Below, piece by piece: positions 38,007-51,085 of a stretch of 52,958 nt of DNA (its first letter is position 1; every line of letters begins with the position of its first letter). The stretch is from Girardia tigrina (lineage: Eukaryota). A program made the position numbers and the translations under genes. Location of the stretch: contig MQRK01227105.1 of assembly GCA_001938485.1 (NCBI GenBank), positions 10,077 through 63,034 of the forward strand, given 5' to 3'. Below the pieces are notes generated by a model that was given only the letters and a program-made list of their open reading frames with translations, made no database searches and was not told the DNA's origin.

Positions 38007-39962
38007 TGTTGGGGTATCAATGTGATTTAAAAATAGAAGAAATTAAAAATATCGATATAGTGTTTTAAATATTTTATTTATAGTACACGATTTACAAATA
38101 TTTATAAAATATTTAGACAGGACTTAATCCTATTGTTGGGGTTCCAAAAAATATAAATTAAATTTTTAAATCTAATAAAAAAAATTAAATATCCATTTTG
38201 TACAATGAATTTCTTCTATATACAAATTTCCCTTATAACGCCGACAAAGGCGTGTGTTGATGTAAATTATTAGGGAATTGTGGGGACTCGGGGATAATTA
38301 TTTAGATTTCCCTCAAAAAAGAAAAAAAGGAAAATAAATATTAATAAATTAATCTTTTCAGTGAACACGGCTTTGAAGAAGCCGTCCGGGGGACTCGGGG
38401 TTCTTTTTGTGGGAATAAGAAAGGGAAAATTGATAATTTATTTAATATATTATTTATTAGTTTCATGAATAATATCAAAATTTAATAAAATAATAATTAC
38501 TATATATTTTTATATTTTTCACTGTAAAAATAATTTGTTATAAAATATTTTTATCGAAAATAGGAAATTGAAAATATAATTAAATAAATTATCAGTGAAA
38601 CCGTAAAAATTGATGAATAAAAGTATATTTGTCTTCATAAAATAATTTCCACAGACTCAATTTATCGGGTCTATTTTCATCAGGAAGACGGCTTCCGATT
38701 GTTAATCGTTGCAGATTCAATTTCTGATATCCATTCACTCATTAATGCCATTCATTTTTTTATCATCCTCGATCCTTTCTCGCCAATTATTTTAAATAAA
38801 ACTACATAAAAATATATTACAAAAGTAATATAAATATATATTTGAAAATAATTTTGTTATAGTTTCTGAAGAAATTGATTTTTGGGTGTGTTACGAAATT
38901 TGAAATTACATCATAATAATTTAATATATATTAAATTTAATGTTGGTTTTATAAAATTTAAGTTATTTATTTTAATTACTCCAGATATTATTGGATCATA
39001 AATGGCAAATATTTTTTGAATATAATTGAAGATTTGAAGATTGTAAAAAGCTTTACTTTGTCCATTTTAAATGTTTATTAATTGGTTGGAGTGCCATATT
39101 AATAACGATTGAGACACTTCGCAGATCATTGTTTAAATATTCTTGGACGACGATTGAGGGAAAAATGTACATAAACAAACATAGATATCACAATTGAAAT
39201 ATTTTCAGAACTAATGAATAAGGGAAAGGAAGACGCCTGGGAGGAATTGTCATAAAGAATAAAAAAAATATTTCATTAAATTTTTCACAAATTAGAAATA
39301 TTTTTAAATTTTCATAGAAATAATGTTTCATGTTTTATAACTATTTGAGTCTGAAAATTTAATTTTAAAAATAATTTAAGTAGAAAACATCTTATTTAAT
39401 CTGTAGTTAAGAAATATTTTGAAAAACTTTCTATTTATAATAAAAATATTAAATCGTCTAAACAGATCATAAAATATCGATTTTAGATTATTAAGATAAT
39501 AATATTTTAATTTAAATTTCCTTTATTTTCGATTCTAAATTAAAAAAAAATAAAATAAGTTATTAATATTCTTAATATTTTGATTCAGTTGTACCTTTGC
39601 TGAAAAACTATGATTCGGTAACTACGAAAAGAGGAATATATTGTATATAAGGCTAATCTAATTAAATTTAGCATACTCATTCCCAAAATATTTGAAAATA
39701 AAAGAAATAAATATTTTATTTTGAAAAGTAGTAACTAACTTTAATGAAATAAATTATTATTATTATTTTTATTTTTTTTGTTTTGTTTAAAATCAGTAAT
39801 CAATGCTAAGTGAATATAAATTATTATTATTTGATTATTGAAGGAATATTTTCTTTTTAGTGAATATTGTTTTTATCAAAGTAATATATGTGTATATAGA
39901 TGTATTTCTTTTGTTAATATTATACAATATCGAGGTCGATATTTAATTATTTGGTGGAGATT

Positions 39963-41378
39963 TGTTGGGGTTCCGAAAAATATAAATTAAATTTTTAAAT
40001 CTAATAAAAAATTTTTAAGATAATTCGCTGGTTAAAATTAATAATTTTTTGATTAATATAATAGTATTTTAATAAAATTTATAAAATATATGTAAATATT
40101 TTGAGATTTGTTTTAGTTATTCAATTTTAAAGGTTAGGGAAAACTAGTATATAAGCAATAGTTATTTCAGTTACAGACGCCCATTGGATCACTCAAAAGA
40201 AAAATTAACTTTAAATTATATGCGTGGTAAATTTGTTTGTTGATTTCTTATATTATTATTTTTTTAAACTAAAGAATAGAAAAAGTTTTTAGTATACTGT
40301 AAAGGAGAAATTAAGTTTTAAAAATAAATTGTAATATTACGAATGTGTTGGTGTATGGAGGGTGATCGAGTTTAATTTAAATAAACAGTAGGATAAAACA
40401 AGAGACTCTTTTTATAAAATATTTTTATTTTATAATTTACAAATATTACACGATTTATTANNNNNNNNNNNNNNNNNNNNNNNNNNNNNNNNNNNNNNNN
40501 NNNNNNNNNNNNNNNNNNNNNNNNNNNNNNNNNNNNNNNNNNNNNNNNNNNNTCAAATGTTATTGCTCGATCACAATTTGATCTCGATTTTTATATTAAT
40601 CCGACTGAATTTGATTATCTCTGCGTGAGATATCAAAATGTTAATTTGTAAATTCTGACTGAATTTGATTATCTCTGCGTGAGATATCGAAACGTTAATT
40701 TGTAAATTCTTTCGATGACCTTTTAAATATAATTAAGATCTTCTTGTTTAGAACTTTCTTTCAATTTGATATCGCTTTTACTTTTGTCTTCTACGTGTTC
40801 TGCTTTTGTTCTTGAATCTTTCCTCTTTATATACTATCTTTTTGACCTAATTTGTTATTATTTATTCTTAAAATAATTTAATTATCCTTTTCCATGAAAT
40901 AATCTTTTATCATAAATTCTTTATTTATCTTTTATTCTTATTATTTATAAATATATTATATTTACTAAGATAAATAGGGTAAACAAAATTTATTTAACCC
41001 AATGATTTAAACAAAAAAATACAAAGATTTTACATTAAATTAATTTTTAACTCAAAATTAATTCTTATACTCAACAAATGTATCAGTATCCTATAAGTTT
41101 TAAATAAATCATTCTAGCATCGCTCGAACTAAAAAGTTGTTGTAACTGTTTAATTGAAGTGTATTCTTTGAATTGTTGCGTACTGTTAGAGTTGAATTTA
41201 TATTTGTAATTCAATTGTTGTTTGCAGAATAAATTATTATTAAAAGGTCTTGTTCATTCTTCATATATTAATGTTGGAAGAAACCTTTTGTTCATTTGGA
41301 GTCACATAAGTAGTTTAATATAAATAAAGATATAAACGAGATTTAACTGTAATATGTTAAATTTAAAATATATAACAA
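39963..41378 (+). mobile_element. LTR of the 32185 family, interrupted by another solo LTR
   Basis: TGTTGGGGTTCC start preceded by purine-rich GGTGGAGA; 3' part matches 32690-32790; ends ATAACA. Confidence 0.65.
40346..41076 (-). mobile_element. Nested solo LTR (spans gap)
   Basis: TGTTGGTG...ACTCAACA with TSD AATG; internal ~55-bp tandem duplication near 40602-40710. Confidence 0.8.
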
Positions 41379-43244
41379 TATGGTGATCACAATTTTTGTT
41401 TTCAGGTTTATTTGATTACTCTAGTTTTGACTCCTTTTTCTCCGTTAATCGATTCGATAATCAGAATTTTCGTTTTTTGTTTTTGTTAAGTTAGTTCTGA
41501 CCGAGAACTTTATATAACTGCTCAAATCATAATTTATGCAAATTAAATCTTCGAACGAGACTCTGTCTAGACGATTCTCAAATTCTTGACCTTTTTGAAT
41601 CAATTAGCTATTTTCTTGATCTTTTAAATTAATTAGCTATTTTCTTGTTAGCTTTTCAATATATAATGTAGGGTCATCATCTTACTGAAAATCTTATCCT
41701 TTTATACTTTTCTTTTACATTTTATTTTTCTTTATTTACTTCTTAAAATAGTTTGATTATTTTTTTCTTATAAATATTTCTTTATCTAATCTTATTTGTT
41801 TACTTTTCTGGCTATTCTTAATTTAATTATTTATATATAAATTATATTTAATTTGATAAAAAGATAAATAAAATCTTATTTTATCTTATTAATTAAAACA
41901 AAGTCTATTTTTTACTACTTTTATTATTATTCTTAATAATTACCTCAACATTCGCAATAAAATTTATGTCCCCATAAATGATAAAAAGAAAACATACGTA
42001 AGAAGGAATAGTGCATACATAATATCAAGAGAAGAAAGAATGACAACATAAATACATACAAATTAAATAAACCAATACATATAAAAATCAAAAAAAATCA
42101 AAAATCAAGTATATTTTTTTACTACTTTTATAATTATTTTTAATAATTACTTCAACAATATTATAAACAAATACGATGATTTTAACAATCAATAAGTAAT
42201 GATAAAGGATTTAGATTTGATCTTATATTCAGTTTTTTAATAGGTGTGGCCTATTCTTTATTGAACTGTTGCATCTATGGGTTAGTATGGAAGTTATCCT
42301 CCGCAACCCGACTTAGACTCAACAAAGAAGATTTCATATCTTCAAATTCTCAAAGTTGAGGATTGATATTTTATAGGGAAGTCAATCCTAACTCAGTCAA
42401 ATAAGTCCGGATTAAAGTCCTTAGTCCTTGAAAATAATATTTAAAATTCAATAATTCAAAATAAAACAACAAGACAATGTCTTAATAATTATTTTGAAAT
42501 ATAATAATCTACAATTAATTTAATCTTTTTACAAAATTATTTATATAATTAACTTAATATGTGATGAGGAACTTAGATGACGCAACAAATCACCGTTTGG
42601 TGGTCAAGTTTTATATTAATATATAAATATTATTATTTTAATATAATCCGTAATAGAATTGACAAAATTGATAATTAAAATTTGAAAATTAAAGATAAAT
42701 TTTATTATAACTAAACGGAATTAATCCTTACTATATGTTACGGCACAAATACGATTTGGAGAAAACTCCCCTCCATGCTCAACGCCCCGCTCGCACGGAA
42801 ACCTTGTCAAAGTTTGTGCGGATAGTCAAACTCGACTATCCCCGTTAGTTGTAAATAGGCTTCGCGTGCGTATGGGACAAGAGGCATGAAGTGGGGATCC
42901 GCAACCCGTGATCGTCTTCAGAAGGCCCTGGGGAAACCTTTAAAAAAATTTTTTTTAATTAAAAATCTTGATTTAAAACATAAATTACCCGTAATCACTG
43001 GCATCAACAAATAGCTGCATGATCAACGGCAGTAATTGATTCCAGTAATTGACCCAGGATGTCGCATAATTATTATGATCGAAATCATTTCCTCTCTGCC
43101 CCCTCGCATTCTGACGCTGAGCGACAGACAGTTGTGTCTGCGAGTAATTGTTTGATTGTTTCCATCCTGTCGTTGGGGGATCGCATACAGGATACTCGAA
43201 GATGACGGGTAACATGTGAACGTATATATACGCAAAACATTTAA

Positions 43245-43477
43245 CCCTTAAATGCATGATTTTTTATTTTTTCATGAAATATTTTTTTCTGTTTATATTA
43301 TTTTGACGTTTATATCAATATTGGCGGGAGTTTTGACATGTTTTGTTATAATCGTCATAGACAAAAAATGTACAAAGATAATTTATTTACAAAGGACAGC
43401 AATTATTTACACAAACTGGATGCATGGCACTTTCAAACGTTTGTTGTATCATTTTTGATACAAGATGCATTCAAGGG
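43245..43477. mobile_element. piggyBac MITE (233 bp)
   Basis: TTAA|CCCTTAAATGCAT ... ATGCATTCAAGGG|TTAA. Confidence 0.9.
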
Positions 43478-45092
43478 TTAATAATACTTTGCCACAAATC
43501 TATCGCACAATTTTTGAACACAATTTGCGCATATTTGTGGCGAATTTAGAACATCATTTTAAAACGTAAATAACCAATTTTATACTATCAACCGAAACAT
43601 TTACTATTTGGAACAGAATCATTTTATCGCGGAATCATAATTGTGAATTTCAATCGAGGTATAACTTGGTTTGATACTTTTGTTTATCCCTATTTACTGT
43701 ATTAATATGTAATTGATAAAAATATAAATTAATTGGATTGATAGTCTCCACTTTATATGTTTGATTTATTTATTTGTTTTATTGCCATTTATACTAAATT
43801 TCAGTAAAATTTATTTTGATTGAGGAAGAAGTCAAAGATTGCAATAACAGTCATAGCACTATGAGGGCAAACTTGGTAAGACCCGACCAATATGGTAATA
43901 AGCGTAGGATAACGAAGTCAACCTTCAGAATCTTTTCGGAATCGGGGGGNGGGGTTAACGAGGAGTATTCCAGGGATGCGCTGTAAAGCTAGAGAATGAA
44001 TTGCTCAGCACCCGTGTAAATAGAGTGTAATCCAAAATTAATTGATTCTTTTGTTTATTGTATAAATTCGAGTTTATTAATTTCGAGGAACTGTATAGTT
44101 TATAATCTGGGCTACCTTCAACGGATTTTAATTTTTCAACAGCTTGCATTACACTTAGCAGTCTAACTCAGGATGTTTTAATAACCCATCTTTTAAATTC
44201 AATTTATGATTTGGTACATCTGTCATCTAGTCTTACTAATTTATTTCTATTATGTTTTCTATCTTAATTTAGCTTTCATAACTCTATATTTTATTCATAA
44301 TGTTTTAGTAATAATCTTATCTTAATTTTCTTAATCCGGATTTAGAAAACACCTTTATTAATTGTAACATTATAATCATTTATAGTAACCTCTTCACAGG
44401 ATTAATGTTATGAATAGGGGTTATGCTATTCATAAGCGATAATTAACAATCAAACGCAAAAGATAGATAATAATTTGTCGTAGTCACAAGTCGAAATAAT
44501 ATGACACCAGAAGATTGTAAATGGAAATTAACATTATGATAATTATTTATGGATTATTAGTTTATGATTTTTAATGATGAAGTTACTTCATATTTATTTA
44601 GTAAATAATACAAACCATCCATGTCTCACATTTATAACTCTTTTTTCTTTTGTGATTTAATTTAGTAATGAGTAGTGTATAATTCCATATCTTTGAGTCC
44701 CTGCCTTATCCTTAAAGATAACTGAAGAAAATGAAGATAATATATAGAACGAAAATCGAACCGACAAAATCGAAAGTTAAATTGAATCAATTGAAATATT
44801 CACAAATTGCAGGAATCGATACAAATGAAAATATGATAATTATGACAATCAATGGACAATTTTCAAGTATGTCCAGTAAATGAGGTAGTTAATTAATGAT
44901 GTCGATAGATTAATGAAGAGGTTGTTCTGTTAGAAATTCGTCAGTGTTCGAAGAGGAAGTGTGATTATAACCGCTGAGGAAAGCATTTTTTCGTCCAGGA
45001 GTTCTTTTCGTTTGCAGAAGATTTTAAACATCCGTAAGTGTTGCGAGTAAAGGTCATGTCGTGCTTATGATAATCGATAAATAAATAAATGC

Positions 45093-45214
45093 TGGGTCTG
45101 GAGCGTTTTCGCGTCCGGATATGTCGGGACGGGATATGGGCCACCCAACTAGCTCAACATCGATCGGAGTATTGTGTTTGAGTAACAAAATAGAGAAATG
45201 TTTATTAGTGTATG
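45093..45214 (+). repeat. Local copy of 46031-46152 with an internal 29-bp inversion, flanked by a 26-bp direct repeat
   Basis: Direct read; flanking TATGATAATCGATAAATAAATAAATG at 45066 and 45211. Confidence 0.92.
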
Positions 45215-45906
45215 ATAATCGATAAATAAATAAATGAAATAATAGATAAACAAATAAAAAGCTGATTTAATAGCGTGGTTTCGCCAAAAATTTCAATTTA
45301 TTTTACGTACAAAAGATTTTAATAAAAATTTCTAAGCGAACGTTATAATTGAATTAATTTAAAATTAGATTATATCCATGAGATTTAAATAACTGTATGA
45401 TTTGTAATGGGATTGGCGTAGTGTAGAGGTAAATAGCAAAAATCAAGCAGAATATTTAGGTAAAGTCAACTAAAGATAAATGATTTTATGAAGTAAATAA
45501 ATAAATTAATAATCATAAGGAAAAGAGCGAGGAACCTTTTGGAGATGACGTAGGCTGACCGCAGCATGCAAGGGGCACGCGGACAGACCGACGTTTATCT
45601 CTTTGGGGCTCTCTTCGTTTCATATATTTTAAAATGATAACGTGAAAATACAATCCATAACGATAGCATGAAATGACATCTACCCCTCAGCAGCTGAGAC
45701 CACCAGTCGGGTCATACTCGGTACTGGTTCGAGCCCGAAGCACACACAACTTGTTGATGTGCGCGGAGGAGACGCGTCTGTTCCTCATGGGTGTAATATG
45801 AATATACAGGAAGGTAAGGAACATATTGGAGTTGCCGTTGAACTCAAAAAAAACGGATGGGGGCTCTGAATCCACGAAAATGTTGTCGAGAGAAGTGAAC
45901 ACGACA

Positions 45907-48127
45907 TATAATACTCAACTGGAACACTGCAGAGAAAATCTCATTAAATTTTATCTCATTTTTATATTTGTGTCCATTCTCAGAAGGTGGTCTGACATGC
46001 CTCTCTCGCCCATCATGTACAATGTAGTGGTGGGTCTGGAGCGTTTTCGCGTCCGGATATGTCGGGACGGGATATGGGCCACCCAACTAGCTCAACATCG
46101 ATCGGAGTATTGTGTTTAATAAACATTTCTCTATTTTGTTACTCAGTGTATGCATCACTCATGTCGGTGTTGTAACTGCTTGCACTTAAACGTGGAATTT
46201 CGATTGTTTATTGAGGTGGAAACAATATGGGAACGCGGTTTATGTACTGTAAATGATAAAATATTTATTATTATTCACAAACTGTATTAAGTTGATTATC
46301 AAGTTTTTATTATAATAATCGAGATTCTGTTTTATTCATTAAATCCAAGACTTAAACCAATTATCATAGTATAAATTAGCTTGGATGAATTATCATTTAT
46401 TACTGTAGCTACACTCATAATATATCCAACCGAATATACGAAAACGATACTTATTAAAAATAAAAGCATTATGTTCACTAAATTTATCTATAAACATTAT
46501 TATATTTATTCGAAGTAAAAAAATATTATATATTCTCTACAATTCTTTACACTCTATCCAACTGATTCATCAAGCCATCATCATCATTTGCATATCATTT
46601 CTAACAAGCGGAGTAATTATTTAATCAGTGGAGCTGTTTCTACCAATGAAATTATCGGATGACTATGATTTGTTCTATCAATTATGCACTGCTGTAGATA
46701 ATCGATTTCTCCGCTCACGGAATGTTTGTTTCACGTATGAAGATTCTGACGAAACCGAATTCATCTCTTGTTTGCTTACGATTTTCAAGAACAACCGTAA
46801 TTCCAGAGTTTTTTTTCTCACCAACGACTTTTATTTTTTACTGGATTCTCTTTAAAAGATATAAAGTGATTATTTCAATAACTCTGGGAGCCAGAGGGGA
46901 ACGACGAGACGACTGGAGTGACGGTTGTTAGTGGGCTAAAATAATCTCAGATATTAGTTAATCAGTCAAATATAACAAATTGAGATAATTTAAACAGAGA
47001 TACTAATATCAATGAGGAAATTATTTAATAAATAACGAAAAGTAATATTGTTTAATACATTTATTAAAAGAATAAATAATATGAATACATAAGAAAAACT
47101 CTACATTTTGACATTTATCAATGGCTAATCAGAGGAAAGTTTTTCGTTCGGAGCCTTCTTCGGTGTGGTAAATTCCATTGTTATCCGATAGAATTTTACT
47201 AGGTCGAACAACTCTATTTCGATTCTAGTAATTTGTCGTTAAAGGCTTTTGCGCTTGAGTTTCGCGGTCAATTGCGTAAAATAATCTTTTTAATTTGTCC
47301 AAAAGTTGGTTGGTTCTACTTCGTCTCAAAATGTTGATTGTATTTATAAATCTCGATATTAACCATGCTCCGTTGTTGGTTTATGATTCGTTGTTGAACC
47401 TGGTTGCCTAATATTAATCGTTCACCATTTGTCATGCCATTCTCTCTGTGTGGTGTGCTGCGATATTGTCATGTCGCGTGAACAGTCATGGATTGTCAGT
47501 TGATCTATGAATCATGATGATTATTATTCAGAGGCTGATTGTTAAATTTAACCTTAGCGTTGACTCACTATAAGTTTTTAATTAACTTCTTATATATTTA
47601 ATTATTTTTTGTTATATTTCAAGGGGCTATATCTGGATTCGGGAAGGTTGGATTTCAAAACAAGTAAAAAAGTATAGATATTCCTCATTTGCATCGTTAC
47701 GGACGATGTCGGTTGATCGATTTTGACCAAAGGAAAACTCGGTATGCTGTTAGCATTGTTCTGCCGTATGCTCAATTAATTTTTAATTGTAGCGGAGGAT
47801 GAACGTGAAATTCCGATCTCAATGAAGGGTAAGGGGTGACGCTTCCTCAGCTGACTTACATCCTTACTGGTCAAATGATCTTTTGTGTTACTTAGTGTGA
47901 GGATAATGAGGCGATTATCGATTGAGAATGTCGATGGATTTTTGAATTGACCAGATGCCGAATAAAACAAAAAAGCATAAAATTAAAAAACCGAAAAACT
48001 GCTGATCGATTGGAAATATTTTCTTGCGAACTGAAATTCGATAACCCTTTATTCGATAATCAATGACTTGATTTTACGATAATTTGCATCATTTGAAGTA
48101 TTTATCTCGATCAGTGCGACGGTAATA
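45907..48127 (+). mobile_element. Part of a fourth related long LTR-like element (boundaries uncertain)
   Basis: GAGGGGAACGACGAGACGAC motif (~46893) and TGACTCACT-ATAAGTTTT...TTTCAAG-GGG (47561-47626) parallel 3768-3790 and 4472-4557 of copy 1; no TSD confirmed. Confidence 0.5.
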
Positions 48128-50372
48128 ATAATATTGAATTGAAATATTGAATTGAAATAATGAATTGAAATTTCAACAAAAAATCTTTATTTACAACATT
48201 GGATTTTTTTATGTTCTATACATTTAAACAAAATCCTTGTATAAAAAATATCGAATTAGCAAAATATCAATTAATAATTCTGTAAATAATACAAATCGAT
48301 TTTTAACACTTAAATATTTCAAATATTTCATTATAAATTTTTCCATTGAATAATACACATAATTGTTGTGGTACACAACACTTAGATTCTCAAATAAATG
48401 TATTGTTTTTTTATTTCTTTTGGGAATTGAATATCGAGTTATTATAACATATGAACCACAACAATTGCATGTTGTGCGACATTAGTTACACATAGATCAA
48501 ATTTTTATGCGCTGAATGTGTCAACTCACTTTTTCAAAATTTCTTCCAAATAACCTATTATTTCTTCATTCTCCGTTCGTTATGCTTTTTCTGTTTTTGA
48601 TTTACTATTTCTTTTCTCTATATTTTGTCTTGAATATTTTAAAATCTTATTCCTTTTTTTAAAAGCTTCGATATCCGTTAACTATTATATGTAACATATT
48701 CATATCTTCCTGTGCATTTTCTATACCCCCTTCTTATCATAATGTAAGCATTTTTAAAGAATAATTTAGGAATAGGAGTGCACTTAGGGAAAAAAATATT
48801 TACAAGAAGTTCAAAACCTAATTCAATTAACATTAATTCGTAATCAAAAATCTAACATTCACATCTATTTCCAGATATAGCTAATATTCAAAACTAAAAT
48901 ATCCAGAAGCTCACTGAAGTTAAATCTTTATAGCATTTTTATCCCCATTAAATCTTTATCCTGTACTTCCATATGACCATAAACCTGATATAGAAATTTT
49001 TGTTTTGTTTTGGTTAATAAACGTTTCTTTTAGATTTTGAATATTTTCGTGTTTTATCTCGCTGATACAAAGCGGTTCCAAGTTATAATCGATTAAATTC
49101 ATAATACAAAAATGAATCAGTGTTTTTATTGTTACATTTCATCATCGGCTCATTTGGTAAATTTGAGTCAACAATTTACTGCTGCATTTACGTTTGAAAA
49201 ACATTTAAAATTCGACTTTTCTAGCAATGATTTTTTCACAAGAATTTTATTTGATTCAAAATCCTTTCAAAAAAAATTCGCTAAGTCACTTTCAAGAAAA
49301 ACTAAACTTCACTTAATGTTCGATTCACAAAATAAGAACGATTTAAATTAAATTCTTACCCCAAAATTTCATTCATAAAAATATTCAAGTCACGTACAAC
49401 AATGTTCCAAATTTCTAAATTAATTATTATTTTATTTTTATTGATTTAAACTAAAACAATTTTTTTAAATCAAATTTTTAAAGATTAAAAATTCTTAATT
49501 GTCTTTTTTTAGAAAAAGATTTTCTTCCGATTTATCAAATTCTGTCGATTTCTTTTCTTTTTCAAAAAATTGCCAAAATTAATTTATCAGATTGAAATTA
49601 AAAGATTCAATTATTATATTTGCAATATCTTCCGATTTTGATTGATAAAACAAACTTTCTGATTCTCGAACAGTAATCTTTATATTTGAAATTTTTCACG
49701 TTTTTAATAATGAGCAAAGAAATTCTTTTTTTGTATAGGAAAAAATTATTTTAGTCTTTCTAGTCCAAATAAAAACGTGGTTTAAATTTTTTTACATGAT
49801 TTATTTTTATATTTTTTATTTGTATATTTATTTTATTTATTTGTATGATATTTACATATCATACAAGACTTAAACTAGAAAAACTGAATTAGACAACTTT
49901 CATCGAACAGGAATATTGTTTTTTGAGAAAGAAGCGAACGACCTGAATACATTTTGTGAAAAAAATGGAAAATTGACAGAATTTTGTGATAAAAAGAGAG
50001 TAATCATATAGACAGAGCTATCAAGAAGACCAAATGTTAGTTAGACTATGAAGATGTTTGAAAGTGTTAAAATAATACAATTGGGCAGTCAATTCGTTAC
50101 AGACTTCCTTACGGCCTAGAAGCGTGAACATTATACAAAAACATGCCAAGTAAATCTATTTTCATTGGTGTTTTTATATTTAAGATATTTAACAATCTCG
50201 TAAATGTGTTTACATAGGGAAAATTCCTGAAAATTCTCTTTTTAAACCCATCTTATTGAATATTTCTTATTGTTTAATTACTTGTAGAAACATCCAAAAA
50301 AGCGAAGCATCGAGTCGAATTTAGGTCTAATAAGATTTATGCATTATATTATGTATAAAAAGATACAACTTT

Positions 50373-50700
50373 TGTTGAGTTCTAGTTGTGTTTTATGAAA
50401 AATTAATAAGAACACGAAGATTTAAAAAAATGTATTTTATATATTTAAAATTTACAAATAATAATATTCAATAAGTGGGTAGTATTTTATTGGCCCCTGG
50501 TCGATTGTATACTTAGGAACCGAGGGCCTTTAGCGACAACTCGGGTTGATTAAATATTTAAAAGTTTGACACACACTTTACAGTGTGTTTTTATATAAAA
50601 ATATAATAATTTTAAAATTAAAATTTATCTTCAAGAATTACTTTTATAATTTTCAATCTTGTTTTAGTTCTCTCGTTTAAGGTACGCACTATTTCAGTGT
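50373..50700 (-). mobile_element. Partial short LTR end (family of 38007/40346)
   Basis: TGTTGAG start and similar TATTTT.T...ATTTACAAATA segment; other end not found. Confidence 0.4.
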
Positions 50701-51085
50701 GACGATCTTGTTCTGAAACTTCTCAATTTGACTCGCTTTAAAAATAATTTGACAGTTAATTTATGCAATGTCTATCCACTTGTAAATAACTTCTCGTCTT
50801 TCTTTTTACTCTTTTTGGAATTGATATATTTTTCCAGTATATCAATATATATGATGATTTTATCTCAATTTTTTGTTATTTTTATACTAATTTTCCTGAT
50901 AGTTGTTGCAATAAATCATAAATATTTTAATGATCTGGAATTACAGATCTTTGAAATTGCGGTAGGAATTAATTTCTTCTGACAGTCGACAACAGACTAA
51001 AGTCAACTAAATTCCTTTCTTTTTCTTTTATTTGACTAGGTCGATTCGTGATGATTCGCGCTGATTCCAGACACCGAATGGATGT

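Larger units (their letters stand above)
38007..42157. mobile_element. Composite nested LTR insertion
   Basis: TGTTGGGG...CTTCAACA with TSD ATAT splits the tandem unit; contains further LTR termini at 38134, 39963, 40346, 41076, 41378, 41950. Confidence 0.7.
42736..45906 (-). mobile_element. Long (3171 bp) solo-LTR-like element, copy 3 (diverged subfamily)
   Basis: Reverse complement TGTCGTG...CCGTAACA; TSD TATA; shares TCAGAGCCCCCA at the same offset, AATGTTTCGG, AAGACGATC..GGG and a terminal intron with copies 1 and 2. Confidence 0.75.

Noticed and set aside
41381-41390. TGGTGATCAC after the LTR end as a primer-binding site
   Set aside because: Imperfect tRNA match, no gag follows, and GATCACAATTT also occurs inside the LTR at ~40569; left unresolved.
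45725-45736. GGTTCGAGCCC, a B-box/T-loop-like motif suggesting a tRNA or SINE
   Set aside because: No cloverleaf or convincing A-box; the bases belong to other stems.
42560-48127. A single ~5.5-kb LTR
   Set aside because: The TATA TSD and terminal homology define 42736-45906 as a separate minus-strand insertion; outer termini and TSD could not be confirmed.
48560-50140. Coding-like AT-rich stretches (possible decayed gene; YGLEA*TL LINE-like motif near 50110)
   Set aside because: Too degenerate to assign.
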